DNA from: Nitrososphaerota archaeon
GTDB taxonomy: Archaea > Thermoproteota > Nitrososphaeria_A > Caldarchaeales > Caldarchaeaceae
Assembly (NCBI GenBank): GCA_041641305.1
Contig: JBEPYN010000001.1
Location: 288,001-352,000 of the forward strand
DNA length: 64,000 nucleotides
Direction of reading: 5' to 3'
The notes under the pieces were generated by a model. It was not told the origin of the DNA and did no database searches. It worked only from the letters and a program-made list of their open reading frames with translations. Of this stretch, positions 45,815 through 55,840 are shown one piece after another. The translations under genes and the position numbers were made by a program. The stretch's first letter is position 1. Each line of letters begins with the position of its first letter.

Positions 45815-47230
45815 TTGACTGCGATAGAGCTAATAGAGAGGTGGCAACGAGTTTTTGTACAGGGTTTGACTGAGTATTTGAGCGTTTTAAGCAGGATGTT
45901 TCGCGGCGAGCCGGAGTGGCTCTCGAGACTGAGGGCAAGGAGCCTTGAGATGTATTTCTCGCTTCCGCCTGAGGTTTCTGAGCTATATGTAAGACATTAC
46001 GAGGCACCCTCACTTCCCGACGATAGATTGATACAGATGACCGAGGCAGGTGACCGTAGGGAGATACCGCAAGACTTTAGACACCTCACCGAAGACACCG
46101 AGCATCCAACAGTTATCTTCGTCGGAGGCAACCTTGTGCACTACAGCATACCCGAGAACCTCGACGGCAAACAAATCGAGCTAATGTCCATCCCGGAGGC
46201 CTTGAAAAAACATGAGCCGCTTCTCAGGGAGCTCTACCAACGTATGACAGCCTCGCCCTATGCCGACAAATACACACACCTTGTACACGCCCTCACAAAC
46301 GTGGGAGTTTTTCTGAGGATACCGAGAAACGTTCAGCTCAGCCGCCCCGTACGTGTTGTCTATGTTCTCGACAAGCCGCGAGAAGCTGTGTTCAGCAAGG
46401 TGGTCGTGGTTACGGAGCCGGGGTCAGCTGCATCGCTCATCGAGGAGGTGCATGGCTTGCCCGGAGCAGATGAATCAATCTTTGGACACCACACCCATCT
46501 CTACGCCCTTGATGATAGTAGCCTCAAGCACAGCACCCTGCAGAACCTCTCACATGGGCAGACGTATATCTCAAACAGGGTTGCGGATGTTGGGCGCGGA
46601 TCCTCTGCGATGGTTGTGGGCGCTGTGATCGGTGGACAGGTTTCGAAGGTGAGGGTGGATAGCTCGATGCATGGCGACGGCTCCTCAGTCAACGACCTCG
46701 AGATTGTGTTCGGCGACGGAGAGCAGAGGATTGATGTGACAGCTAACCTGCACCACATAGGCTTCGGTACACAGGGCAGGGTTTTAGCCAAAGGCGTCGT
46801 CAAAGACAGAGCCAAATCAATCTTCAAAGGCGTGATAACCATCGAGAAACAGGCCAAAAACACCAGCGCATATCTCGCTGAACACGCTATGATAATGAGC
46901 CCCGAGGCGAGGGCCTACGCTATACCATCCCTCGAGATTATGACCGATGAGGTGAAAGCGACGCATTCAGCCAGCGTTAGCCAGATAGACCCGGAGCAGA
47001 TCTACTACCTTATGGCACGCGGTATACCGGAGCATGAGGCGAGGAAGATGCTTGCTCTCGGCTTCTTCGAGCCCGTCGTCTCCATGATAGACCTCAACGA
47101 AGTCCGCTGGGGTCTCCGCACTCTTCTGGAAAGCAAGTGGGGCGGAGCCTTCACAGAGCTGTTTGAGGAACCCGAGGTCACCGTCACAAGCCTCTTCGGA
47201 ACCCATTACAAATACAGGTATGGAAAATAG
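45815..47230 (+). CDS. sufD: SufD/SufB-family Fe-S assembly protein
   Basis: Beta-helix repeats; PSLEI..DEVKATHSASV...IYYLMARGI. Confidence 0.85.
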   Translation: MTAIELIERWQRVFVQGLTEYLSVLSRMFRGEPEWLSRLRARSLEMYFSLPPEVSELYVRHYEAPSLPDDRLIQMTEAGDRREIPQDFRHLTEDTEHPTVIFVGGNLVHYSIPENLDGKQIELMSIPEALKKHEPLLRELYQRMTASPYADKYTHLVHALTNVGVFLRIPRNVQLSRPVRVVYVLDKPREAVFSKVVVVTEPGSAASLIEEVHGLPGADESIFGHHTHLYALDDSSLKHSTLQNLSHGQTYISNRVADVGRGSSAMVVGAVIGGQVSKVRVDSSMHGDGSSVNDLEIVFGDGEQRIDVTANLHHIGFGTQGRVLAKGVVKDRAKSIFKGVITIEKQAKNTSAYLAEHAMIMSPEARAYAIPSLEIMTDEVKATHSASVSQIDPEQIYYLMARGIPEHEARKMLALGFFEPVVSMIDLNEVRWGLRTLLESKWGGAFTELFEEPEVTVTSLFGTHYKYRYGK

Positions 47231-47753
47231 GCTCCGGAAAATTCTTGCAGCATGTGATGACGTCAAACCAGGGCCCGGCACAGCCGCTGTCGCAATCGTG
47301 TTGAGGGACGAGCCTGAGGTGCTTCTGGTGAAGCGTGTTGAGCGAGACGACGACCCCTGGTCTGGGCAGGTTGCTTTTCCCGGCGGACGCTGGAGACCGG
47401 GGGATGTAGATTTTACCGCTACGGCTCTGCGGGAACTGTATGAGGAGACATCAGTAGAGTCTGAGGCTGTTAGCTTTATCGGCTATCTCGAGACGATATC
47501 ACCCCGTAACGTGCCGACTCTGAGGGTTAAGCCGGTGGTTTTCCGACTGATACAAGATGTCATCCCACGGCCAGGTGATGAGGTTTCCAAGGTGTTCTGG
47601 CTCCCCTTGACCAACCTCACCATGTTCACAGCTAAAGTTTACTCGCGGCATCTCAACCGGGAAGTCGTCACAGAGGCTTACTGCTACGAAGGGGAGTTGA
47701 TATGGGGTATGACGGCCCGTCTAATCTCCGTGCTACAGACCGCTTTTGGTTAG
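47220..47753 (+). CDS. Nudix hydrolase, CoA-pyrophosphatase-like
   Basis: DPWSGQVAFPGG, TALRELYEE, IWGMT. Confidence 0.88.
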   Translation: MENRLRKILAACDDVKPGPGTAAVAIVLRDEPEVLLVKRVERDDDPWSGQVAFPGGRWRPGDVDFTATALRELYEETSVESEAVSFIGYLETISPRNVPTLRVKPVVFRLIQDVIPRPGDEVSKVFWLPLTNLTMFTAKVYSRHLNREVVTEAYCYEGELIWGMTARLISVLQTAFG

Positions 47754-49010
47754 AGAAGAGAAGCTTTCCGCGGCTTCTATGAGATGGTCAACGTCTTCCT
47801 CGCTGTGGGCGGCTGAGATGAAGAGGTGGGGGTTGTAGGGTGGGACGAAGAGTATCCCGTTGCTGTAGAGATGTTTGCTGAAGGCGATGGTTAGCCTGAT
47901 GTCTTTAGTTCTGTTGGCTGTGTGGATGTCTCTTGGCTCCTCTTTCGTGAAATGGATGCATACAAGCGAGCCTATGCCGGTGATGTATGCTCCGAGTTGT
48001 TCAAGAGCCTCCCTTAATCCTCTGCGCGCTCTTTCACCAAGCCTCTCCAGCTTCTCGTATACCTCACCCTTCTCCAGCTCCTTCAACAACACGTAGCCAG
48101 CCCTCATAGTCAACGGGTTGCCGCTGTAGGTTCCGCCGTGGAAAACCCGCTCATAGAAATTCGTTCTTCTACGCTGGTCGAGAACCTCCATCACATCCTC
48201 TCTTCCTCCGAACGCACCCGCGGGGAAAGGCCCTCCCCCGACCGCTTTACCGAGAACAGTCAAGTCAGGCATCACACCGAACCGTTGCTGAGCACCGCCC
48301 GGCGCAAGCCTAAACCCCGTGATCACCTCATCAAAAATAAGCAAGATACCATCTCTGTCGCAGATTTCTCGAAGCCCCTTGAGATACTCTATGTCGGCGG
48401 GTATGAACCCGCCTGCTCCGAGAACAGGCTCGACAACAATAGCGGCAAGTTCTTTTCCCTTTATTCTTTTTTCGACGCCGTCGAGGTCGTTGTAGGGAAG
48501 GAGAAGTGTGTTGGCGGTTGTTTCAGCTGGTATGCCGAGGCTTGAAGGCCTGTCTATCGGATATGTTACGCCTATTTGGAGGCCGTCGTATCCGCCGTGC
48601 CATCCTCCCTCAATCTTGCCAACGAGTTTGCGGCCTGTGTATCCTCGCGCAGTCCGTATAGCATACATGTTTGCTTCTGTGCCGCTGTTTGTGGGCCTTA
48701 CCATCTTCACCGAGGGAACCATGCTGCAGACCTGTTTAGCCCATTTAACCTCCCAGATATGCGGGTATCCGAAATGAGCCCCTTTAACCAGCTGGTCCAT
48801 AGCCGCCTCAATCACCGGCCTGTAGCCGTGGCCCATCAACAAGGCTCCATGACCCATCCAACAATCCAAAAACCTTCGGCCGCTGATGTCATAGACATAA
48901 GCGCCTTCAGCCCTCTCAACATAGATAGGAACAGGGTCAACATAGCGGACACCATATGAAACACCTCCCGGCAAATATCGGAGAGCCTCCTCGAAAACCG
49001 CAGGATCCAC
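47733..49010 (-). CDS. hemL: Glutamate-1-semialdehyde 2,1-aminomutase-like class III aminotransferase
   Basis: PGGVS, NSGTEA, LIFDEVITGFR, GKAVGGG, HGGTYSGNP. Confidence 0.75.
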   Translation of the reverse strand: MDPAVFEEALRYLPGGVSYGVRYVDPVPIYVERAEGAYVYDISGRRFLDCWMGHGALLMGHGYRPVIEAAMDQLVKGAHFGYPHIWEVKWAKQVCSMVPSVKMVRPTNSGTEANMYAIRTARGYTGRKLVGKIEGGWHGGYDGLQIGVTYPIDRPSSLGIPAETTANTLLLPYNDLDGVEKRIKGKELAAIVVEPVLGAGGFIPADIEYLKGLREICDRDGILLIFDEVITGFRLAPGGAQQRFGVMPDLTVLGKAVGGGPFPAGAFGGREDVMEVLDQRRRTNFYERVFHGGTYSGNPLTMRAGYVLLKELEKGEVYEKLERLGERARRGLREALEQLGAYITGIGSLVCIHFTKEEPRDIHTANRTKDIRLTIAFSKHLYSNGILFVPPYNPHLFISAAHSEEDVDHLIEAAESFSSLTKSGL

Positions 49011-49142
49011 AGCCCATCACAAACACGCGGCAATAAAAACATCCCATACTATCCCGGAAAATCCCCCGTCATATCCAGGCCATCCCCACACCACCCATCC
49101 ATGAAAAAGTTATACACCATCGAAGCAAAACCCCTACGCAGA

Positions 49143-49226
49143 ATGCGGAGAACAGTCTTCGGCATACTCTTGATAGCCGCGGACTTGGCGTCGCTATTCC
49201 TGGTGGTATATTTCGCCATCGTTTAG
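49143..49226 (+). CDS. Putative 27-aa single-TM microprotein (MRRTVFGILLIAADLASLFLVVYFAIV)
   Basis: ORF below the track cutoff; BRE/TATA-like AAAAAGTTATA about 30 nt upstream. Confidence 0.4.
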   Translation: MRRTVFGILLIAADLASLFLVVYFAIV

Positions 49227-49269
49227 ATGATATATCTTGATATAGGGCTGAGTGGGATTGGGGTAGGAA

Positions 49270-50604
49270 ATGACCACAGCCTCTTTATCTGAGCCTGAGA
49301 CGGCTTATAACAGGGTTCTCGACCTCCTCGAAAAACACCATGCGATGATGAGAAGGTCTCTTCCTCTCATCGCGAGCGAAAACGTCGTCAGCCCAGCCGT
49401 CCGAGAAGCCTTGGTAAGCGACTTTATGCATAGATATGCTGAGGGGTGGCCCGGTGAGAGGCTGTACGCGGGCTGCAAACACATCGACGAGGTGGAGCTT
49501 TTGGCCATAGAGTTGGGGAAAGCCGTTTACCGGGCCGAGTTCGTGGACGTCAGACCCATCTCAGGAGTGGTGGCGAACCTCGTGGCCTACTCAACTTTTG
49601 CGAGACCCGGAGACATGATGGTGGCGCTCACAATCCCCCACGGCGGACACATCAGCCACGGCAAAGAAAAGTGGGGTGGAACAGCTGGTGTCGTTAGGGG
49701 CCTCGATGTCGAGCGTTACGAGTTTGACGAGGAGAACTGCGCAATAGACGTCGACGCCACCGCTAGAAGGCTGCGAAAAATAGAGGCCGAGACGGGTAAG
49801 AAGCCGAGGCTGTTCATGCTCGGAGCCAGCGTTTTCCTATTTCCCCACCCTGTCAAAGAAATAAGAAGCCTCGCCGACCAGTATGGTGCATATGTTGTTT
49901 ATGACGCGGCTCATGTGGCTGGGTTAATAGCGGGAGGCCTGTTCCAGGACCCGTTGAGGGAAGGGGCTGACTGCATTACCATGAGCACCCACAAAACCTT
50001 GGCAGGGCCTCAGCACGGCATGGTTGTATCATGGAACAAGTATAGCGAGAGGTTGAAGCAAGTGGCTTTCCCAGGCCTGTTATCCAATCATCATCTCCAC
50101 GCCGTAGCAGGACTAGCCATAGCTCTTGCAGAAGCTCTCGCCTTTTACAGGGAATACGCGGCCCAGATAATCAAGAACGCGAAAATCCTCGCTGAGACTC
50201 TCTATGAGCTCGGCATAGATGTTCTTTACCCCAACAAGGGCTTTACAGAGTCTCACACAATCGTCGCCGATGTTTCAAAGTATATGGATGGTAGGACGGC
50301 GGAGGAGAAGCTTGAGCAGGCGGGGATAATCGTGAACCGCAACCTTATACCCAAGGACTACAGGCTCAAAACAGATTACAGAAGACCCAGCGGAATAAGG
50401 CTTGGCAGCCAAGAAGTGACGAGGCTGGGGATGAAGGAGTCTGAGATGAAGCAGATAGCCGAGTTCATCGCGGACGTCATCGTCAGGGGCAAAGACCCCA
50501 AACAGGTTGCGGAAGATGTGGCGGAGTTCAGGAGCGGTTACCGTAAAGTGCACTACTGCTTTGAGAACGCGACAGGAGCATATGACTACATCAGGATAAG
50601 GTGA
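49270..50604 (+). CDS. glyA: Serine hydroxymethyltransferase
   Basis: LIASEN, RYAEG, GGHISH, DAAH, STHKTLAGP, SGIRLG. Confidence 0.96.
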   Translation: MTTASLSEPETAYNRVLDLLEKHHAMMRRSLPLIASENVVSPAVREALVSDFMHRYAEGWPGERLYAGCKHIDEVELLAIELGKAVYRAEFVDVRPISGVVANLVAYSTFARPGDMMVALTIPHGGHISHGKEKWGGTAGVVRGLDVERYEFDEENCAIDVDATARRLRKIEAETGKKPRLFMLGASVFLFPHPVKEIRSLADQYGAYVVYDAAHVAGLIAGGLFQDPLREGADCITMSTHKTLAGPQHGMVVSWNKYSERLKQVAFPGLLSNHHLHAVAGLAIALAEALAFYREYAAQIIKNAKILAETLYELGIDVLYPNKGFTESHTIVADVSKYMDGRTAEEKLEQAGIIVNRNLIPKDYRLKTDYRRPSGIRLGSQEVTRLGMKESEMKQIAEFIADVIVRGKDPKQVAEDVAEFRSGYRKVHYCFENATGAYDYIRIR

Positions 50605-50611
50605 GATAGAG

Positions 50612-51322
50612 ATGTCGGATGACTATGTGCTGGTGGTGGAGAATTTGAAGAAGGTTTACCGTAACAACGGCATCGAAACCGTCGCCTTAAACGGTGTCGA
50701 CTTCAAGGTTAGGCGGGGGGAAATGGTTGCCATAGTCGGCCCAAGTGGAAGCGGCAAGTCAACTCTTCTAAACATGTTGGGTGCGCTTGATAGGCCAACC
50801 GAGGGGAGAGTGTTAATCGATGGTGTTGACATAAGCCATGCCGACGACAACAAAAGAGCCCTCATCAGAAACAAGTTGATAGGCTTTGTCTTCCAATCCT
50901 ACAACCTCATCAACAGGTTGACAGCATTAAAAAACGTCGAAATGCCGCTGGCCATACAGAACGTGCCTGAGCAGGAGCGGCGGAGACTGGCTCTCGAGAT
51001 GCTGAGGGAGGTAGGTCTCGAGTCCAAGGCATACAAGAAGCCGACACAGCTAAGCGGCGGAGAACAGCAAAGGGTTGCCGTCGCAAGGGCCCTCGTAACA
51101 AAGCCCAGCATAATCCTCGCGGACGAGCCGACGGGAAACCTTGACTCCAAGTCGGGAGCCGTCGTGGTCCAGCTCCTCAAGGATTTGGCGCGGAAAGGCC
51201 ACACAGTCATCGTCGTAACACACAACATGGAAGTCGCCCGCGAAGCCGACAGAATAATCTACATCAGAGACGGCAAAATCGAGAAAGAGGAGATAAACAC
51301 GCTCACGGTGCAGCAGGCATGA
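50612..51322 (+). CDS. ABC ATPase, LolD/MacB type
   Basis: GPSGSGKST, LSGGEQQRVA, ADEPTGNLDS. Confidence 0.93.
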   Translation: MSDDYVLVVENLKKVYRNNGIETVALNGVDFKVRRGEMVAIVGPSGSGKSTLLNMLGALDRPTEGRVLIDGVDISHADDNKRALIRNKLIGFVFQSYNLINRLTALKNVEMPLAIQNVPEQERRRLALEMLREVGLESKAYKKPTQLSGGEQQRVAVARALVTKPSIILADEPTGNLDSKSGAVVVQLLKDLARKGHTVIVVTHNMEVAREADRIIYIRDGKIEKEEINTLTVQQA

Positions 51323-53289
51323 GAGCTCTTACAACAACGATCCTTATCTCTCTATTGCTGGCTTTCCCGGCTTCGCTTCTCTCAGCAGGCTCCTCAACCA
51401 TTCAGCTTATCGATGTTTTCTGGGGAAACGTCGGAAACCCCGAGAAAGCGGTTCCAGGGGACCAGAAGATAGACCTGACCATAACAGTCGCAAACATAGG
51501 AAACAAGCCTCTCTGCGCACTTGTCGGCGAGCTGTATCCGAGACCGGGCGAGTCTCTGCCCATCACAAGCTGGGACAGCAGACCAACCCTGTCTGCGAGC
51601 GTGGCCACTCCTGTCCAGCCCGGTGCAACAGCCTCGCTCACATACAAGGTGAACGTGAGATCCGATGTGGTCCCTGGTGTTTATACGGCTGAGCTGAGGC
51701 TAACCTACCGCGACTGCACCTCCACAAATGATCTTCTCCCCCAATCCTCTCAAACCATCCCTCTGAACCTTGTCGTCTACGAGCCGCAGAAGCCGAAGTT
51801 CATAGACTATAGATGGCTTGTGGACGGTGTTGAGGCATCTGTGGGGCCGGGGACGGGGCAGGCTGTTTTGGAGCTTGTCTTCGAGGCTCCTGTTGAGTCG
51901 TCTGTGGCGAATGTGGAGGGCTGGTTAACGCTGCCCGATGAATTCGGCGGCGGAGTTGTTTACGCAAACTATCTTCAACAGGTTCCTGCATCGGGTGTTT
52001 TCAGGCTCACATTCCCCCTGATTGTCCCTGAGACGGTGCAGCTAGGGGAGAAAAACTTCGGCATTAGCCTAAGGTATCGCAACAAGTTCGGCACAGTCAT
52101 CCAAGCTGATTACACGGTTTCCGTGAATGTAGGCGGACGGGCAGAAATAGCCGCAATCATATACACTCCATCCTTCTCAGCCAACAGCATCTCAATCCTG
52201 AAATATCTAATCACCAACAACGGAACAGCACCCGCATACAACGCTGAGCTAAACATCCGCAGCGAAATCCCAACCATCAGAGTTCTCCAGCCTGTATACT
52301 CGCTCGGGACAGTAGAGCCCGGGCAAACAATCGAGATCCCTGTCCCGATATTCATAGACAAATCTACTCAGGCATCGTTATACGGATTGTCGTCGGCAAT
52401 CACCTACCGAGATGTCTACGGCAACGTCCGTCGAAAGGAGTTCAACATGCCTTTCGTGGTTGAGGAAAATGCCAAGCCCGGGTTCACGGCACGTGCCACA
52501 CAGCCCTTCATAGCTGCAGCCCACACAACACCCGTCACAATCATCTTCACCAACAAAAACCCCTTCCCAACAAAAGACGTGAAAATAACAATACGCTCAT
52601 CCTCCCAGCAAGTCGTCATCATCGAAGGAGACACAGACCTCTTCATCCCAGTCATCGGACCCGGTCAAACAATATCCACCGAGATTAAGCTCCTCGCCGT
52701 CCCACAGGCCGGAGACACAGTAATCCCGCTCAAAGCATCGCTAGAATACAAGGACGACATAGGTCTAACAGTTGAGGAAACACTTGACATAAACTTCGCA
52801 GTCATCGCAGACATCTCGATAAGGCTCCAGAACCTCGCTCTCTCCCCCCAGAGCGCACGGCCCGGAGAAGCTGTCGACGTCGCCGGCGACGTAGTCAACG
52901 AGGGGACAGGGTTGGCCCGCGCAGTCTACGTCGAGATAGATGGTCAGCCGCCTTTCAAGGCCTTAGGAGAATCATCAACCTTCATAGGACAGATTAACCC
53001 ATCTCAGGTAGCCGCCTTCACCCTCAACTTCATGGTCGACGACCAGGCAAAACCGGGAACATACGAAGTGGTCGTGAGAGTTGTATACAAAAACGGCTTT
53101 GGCGAAGAGTTCCAAACATCCAAAACGCTAGTGTATCAGGTGGTTGAGAGACAGCCGACAACTGTCTTACTGCCTCAGGCAGAGTCTGCCTCACCTCTGA
53201 ACCCGTTTATCGTTTTACTCGTTGTCGCCGCGGCTTTGGCAGCGGTCATCCTGGTTGTGCGGAGGCGTGGACGCCGTGAAACCGGCTGA
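51319..53289 (+). CDS. COG1361-type S-layer/Ig-like repeat surface protein
   Basis: Signal peptide, repeated N.G...A...L.PG...G.Y...Y.D units, C-terminal TM plus RRRGRR; sits between ABC ATPase and permease. Confidence 0.75.
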   Translation: MRALTTTILISLLLAFPASLLSAGSSTIQLIDVFWGNVGNPEKAVPGDQKIDLTITVANIGNKPLCALVGELYPRPGESLPITSWDSRPTLSASVATPVQPGATASLTYKVNVRSDVVPGVYTAELRLTYRDCTSTNDLLPQSSQTIPLNLVVYEPQKPKFIDYRWLVDGVEASVGPGTGQAVLELVFEAPVESSVANVEGWLTLPDEFGGGVVYANYLQQVPASGVFRLTFPLIVPETVQLGEKNFGISLRYRNKFGTVIQADYTVSVNVGGRAEIAAIIYTPSFSANSISILKYLITNNGTAPAYNAELNIRSEIPTIRVLQPVYSLGTVEPGQTIEIPVPIFIDKSTQASLYGLSSAITYRDVYGNVRRKEFNMPFVVEENAKPGFTARATQPFIAAAHTTPVTIIFTNKNPFPTKDVKITIRSSSQQVVIIEGDTDLFIPVIGPGQTISTEIKLLAVPQAGDTVIPLKASLEYKDDIGLTVEETLDINFAVIADISIRLQNLALSPQSARPGEAVDVAGDVVNEGTGLARAVYVEIDGQPPFKALGESSTFIGQINPSQVAAFTLNFMVDDQAKPGTYEVVVRVVYKNGFGEEFQTSKTLVYQVVERQPTTVLLPQAESASPLNPFIVLLVVAAALAAVILVVRRRGRRETG

Positions 53290-54517
53290 CTACATCAGAT
53301 ATGCTTGGTCAGCGCTTAAGGACAGGAGGCTTAGAACAACTCTGACTGTGCTGGGCATAGTCGTGGGCCCCGCCTTGATAACCGCCCTCAACGCAACCAC
53401 CGCAGGCCTAACACAATCCATCGTCTCAAACCTAGAAGTCTTCGGAACAGACCTCGTCCTCGTCCAGCGTGTAGGCGACTTCAACTTTGACGACAACGTA
53501 GTAAATTACATCAGCTCGCTGGAGGGTGTGAAAGAGACCTTTCCCTATTATCTGATTGCCTCTGGTGAGATAAGGACGCGTGGCAAATCTTTCTCCATGG
53601 ATCCTACGAGGTCATACACGGTTCTCGCCGTCGAACTGAGAGACCTGCCCAAACTCTTCCCAAGCATAAAAGTCGACTCGGGCACCATTATTGACAACCC
53701 CTCGGCCGCCGTCGTGGGCTACAACGCCTGGAACCCACGTGACCCCGACCTACCCCCCATAGATGTCGGCTCTATCTTCACGGTTTCACCTCTCTCGGGA
53801 ACAGGTACATCACGCTCCTTCACGGTGACCGCGCGCCTCGGCAAATATGGGCAATCTCTTTTCCTCAACCCGGACAACCAGATATTTGTATCACCTGAGG
53901 CCGGTAGATTGATAACCAACAGGAGAAGCTACAGCGGCGTCTTCGTTAAGCTAACAGAGCCCGGTTACAGCGACCAAGTCGTCCTCGCCATAGAGCAAAA
54001 ATATGGTGGAGATGTACGCGTCTTCTCAATCACCGCTATAGCGGCGACCGTTCAACAGATAATCGGAACACTGAACGTCTTCTTCTCGACGGTTGCTTCG
54101 ATGAGTCTCCTCGTCGCATTTCTCGGCATCATGACGACGATGTTTACGTCGGTGACGGAGCGTGTTCGGGAGATCGGGTTGATTAAGGCTCTTGGCTTCC
54201 GCACCCGAGACGTGCTTTTCAGCTTCATCTCCGAAGCTCTGATAATCGGCATTCTCGGAGGACTTTTTGGAACAGCCATAGGAGTCGGAGCCGCTTTCGC
54301 CCTCGCAAACATATTCTCAGGACCGCCGGCAGACGCACGACCAGGAAGCTTCGTCACGGGGCCCTCGGGCGAGGGGCCGCGGATAACTCCTCTGATATCG
54401 CCTGAGCTGATTTTGATGGGTGTGGTGGTCGCGGTCGGTGTCTCGGTTCTCGCAGGCCTGCTGCCGGCCTACAGGGCGTCGAGATTCGAGCCCGTCGAGG
54501 CTCTTCGACGAGAGTAG
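53276..54517 (+). CDS. ABC permease, MacB/FtsX family
   Basis: RRLRTTLTVLGI, SVTERVREIGLIKALG, PAYRASRFEPVEALR. Confidence 0.92.
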   Translation: MKPADYIRYAWSALKDRRLRTTLTVLGIVVGPALITALNATTAGLTQSIVSNLEVFGTDLVLVQRVGDFNFDDNVVNYISSLEGVKETFPYYLIASGEIRTRGKSFSMDPTRSYTVLAVELRDLPKLFPSIKVDSGTIIDNPSAAVVGYNAWNPRDPDLPPIDVGSIFTVSPLSGTGTSRSFTVTARLGKYGQSLFLNPDNQIFVSPEAGRLITNRRSYSGVFVKLTEPGYSDQVVLAIEQKYGGDVRVFSITAIAATVQQIIGTLNVFFSTVASMSLLVAFLGIMTTMFTSVTERVREIGLIKALGFRTRDVLFSFISEALIIGILGGLFGTAIGVGAAFALANIFSGPPADARPGSFVTGPSGEGPRITPLISPELILMGVVVAVGVSVLAGLLPAYRASRFEPVEALRRE

Positions 54518-54556
54518 CTGACTGTGTTTTTATTGTGGCTGGTGCCGAGATAAGCT

Positions 54557-55840
54557 GTGCTGAACATCAAGGCGGTGAGAGCTAACCCAGGTTTCTACAG
54601 AACTGGAATGGAAAAGCGGCGCCGGCCAGCCGAAATAGTGGATGAGATACTTGCATTAGACGAGGAAAAGAGGTCCACCCTCAAATCGCTTCAGGAGCTG
54701 CGACATAGAAGAAACGTGGCGGCGGAGAAGATAGCGGCAGCCAAGAAACGCGGGGAAAAAACAGACCACGTCCTTCTCGAGATGCAGAAGGTCAACCGGG
54801 AGATCGAGGATCTGGAGGCCCGGCTCATAGATGTTGAGAAAAAGCTTGAGATGCTTCTCAAAACAGCTCCCAACCCGCCGCATGAGTCTGTGCCCGACGG
54901 CGAGACGGAGGAGGATAATGTTGTGGTCAGGAGCTGGGGTGAGCCGAGAACAGAGGAGTGGATGAAGGACCATGTTGATATTCTCACGGGCCTGGGGCTC
55001 GTCGACCTCGAAACCGCAGCCAAGGTTGCGGGCGCGCGGTTCTACTACTTGTTTGACGACCTTGTTCTCCTCAACTGGGCCCTTGTCCAATATGGGCTCG
55101 ACTTCTTAAAAGGTAAGGGCTTCAGGCTGGTGCAGCCGCCGTACATGCTTACAAGGCGGGTTATGGAGGGTGTTGTGAGCTTTCAAGATTTTGAGGACAT
55201 GCTTTACAAGGTTGAGGGCGAAGACCTCTACCTCATAGGAACGGCTGAGCATCCGCTCGCGGGATTGCACGCGGGTGAAATCCTTGACGGCAGAAAACTT
55301 CCTCTACGCTATGCTGGGATTAGTCCCTGCTTCAGGAAAGAGGCGGGCGCCCATGGCAAAGACACCAAAGGCATCTTCAGGGTTCACCAGTTTGAGAAGG
55401 TTGAGCAGTTCAGCTTCACGAAGCCGAGCCAGTCGTGGCCTGAGCACGAGTTCCTGATATCCAACGCCGAGGAACTGTACAGGAGCCTCGGCCTACCATA
55501 CAGGGTTGTAAACATATGCGTAGGGGAGCTGGGCCCCGTTGCAGCCAAGAAATACGACCTCGAGGTATGGATCCCTGCCCAGAACAAATACCGTGAAGTG
55601 GTTTCATGCAGCAACTGCACAGACTACCAAGCCGTAGGCCTCGGCATAAGATACAGAGAGGCCCCCCACATAGAGGAGACCGACTACGTCCACACCCTTA
55701 ACAGCACCTTGATAGCGACCGAGAGAACAATAGTGGCAATCCTCGAGAATTACCAGACACGTGACGGAGCGGTCGAGATACCGGAGCCGCTTCAGCCCTA
55801 TCTCCATGGACAGAAAATGATCAAGCCAGCCGCTCGATAG
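54557..55840 (+). CDS. serS: Serine--tRNA ligase
   Basis: N-terminal coiled arm, LIGTAE, CFRKEAG..GIFRVHQFEK, EVVSCSNC.DYQ, HTLNST. Confidence 0.97.
   Translation: MLNIKAVRANPGFYRTGMEKRRRPAEIVDEILALDEEKRSTLKSLQELRHRRNVAAEKIAAAKKRGEKTDHVLLEMQKVNREIEDLEARLIDVEKKLEMLLKTAPNPPHESVPDGETEEDNVVVRSWGEPRTEEWMKDHVDILTGLGLVDLETAAKVAGARFYYLFDDLVLLNWALVQYGLDFLKGKGFRLVQPPYMLTRRVMEGVVSFQDFEDMLYKVEGEDLYLIGTAEHPLAGLHAGEILDGRKLPLRYAGISPCFRKEAGAHGKDTKGIFRVHQFEKVEQFSFTKPSQSWPEHEFLISNAEELYRSLGLPYRVVNICVGELGPVAAKKYDLEVWIPAQNKYREVVSCSNCTDYQAVGLGIRYREAPHIEETDYVHTLNSTLIATERTIVAILENYQTRDGAVEIPEPLQPYLHGQKMIKPAAR

Noticed and set aside
45145-45873. 242-aa plus-strand ORF
   Set aside because: Overlaps cdvB, the four-CxxC gene and the sufD start; no recognisable protein features
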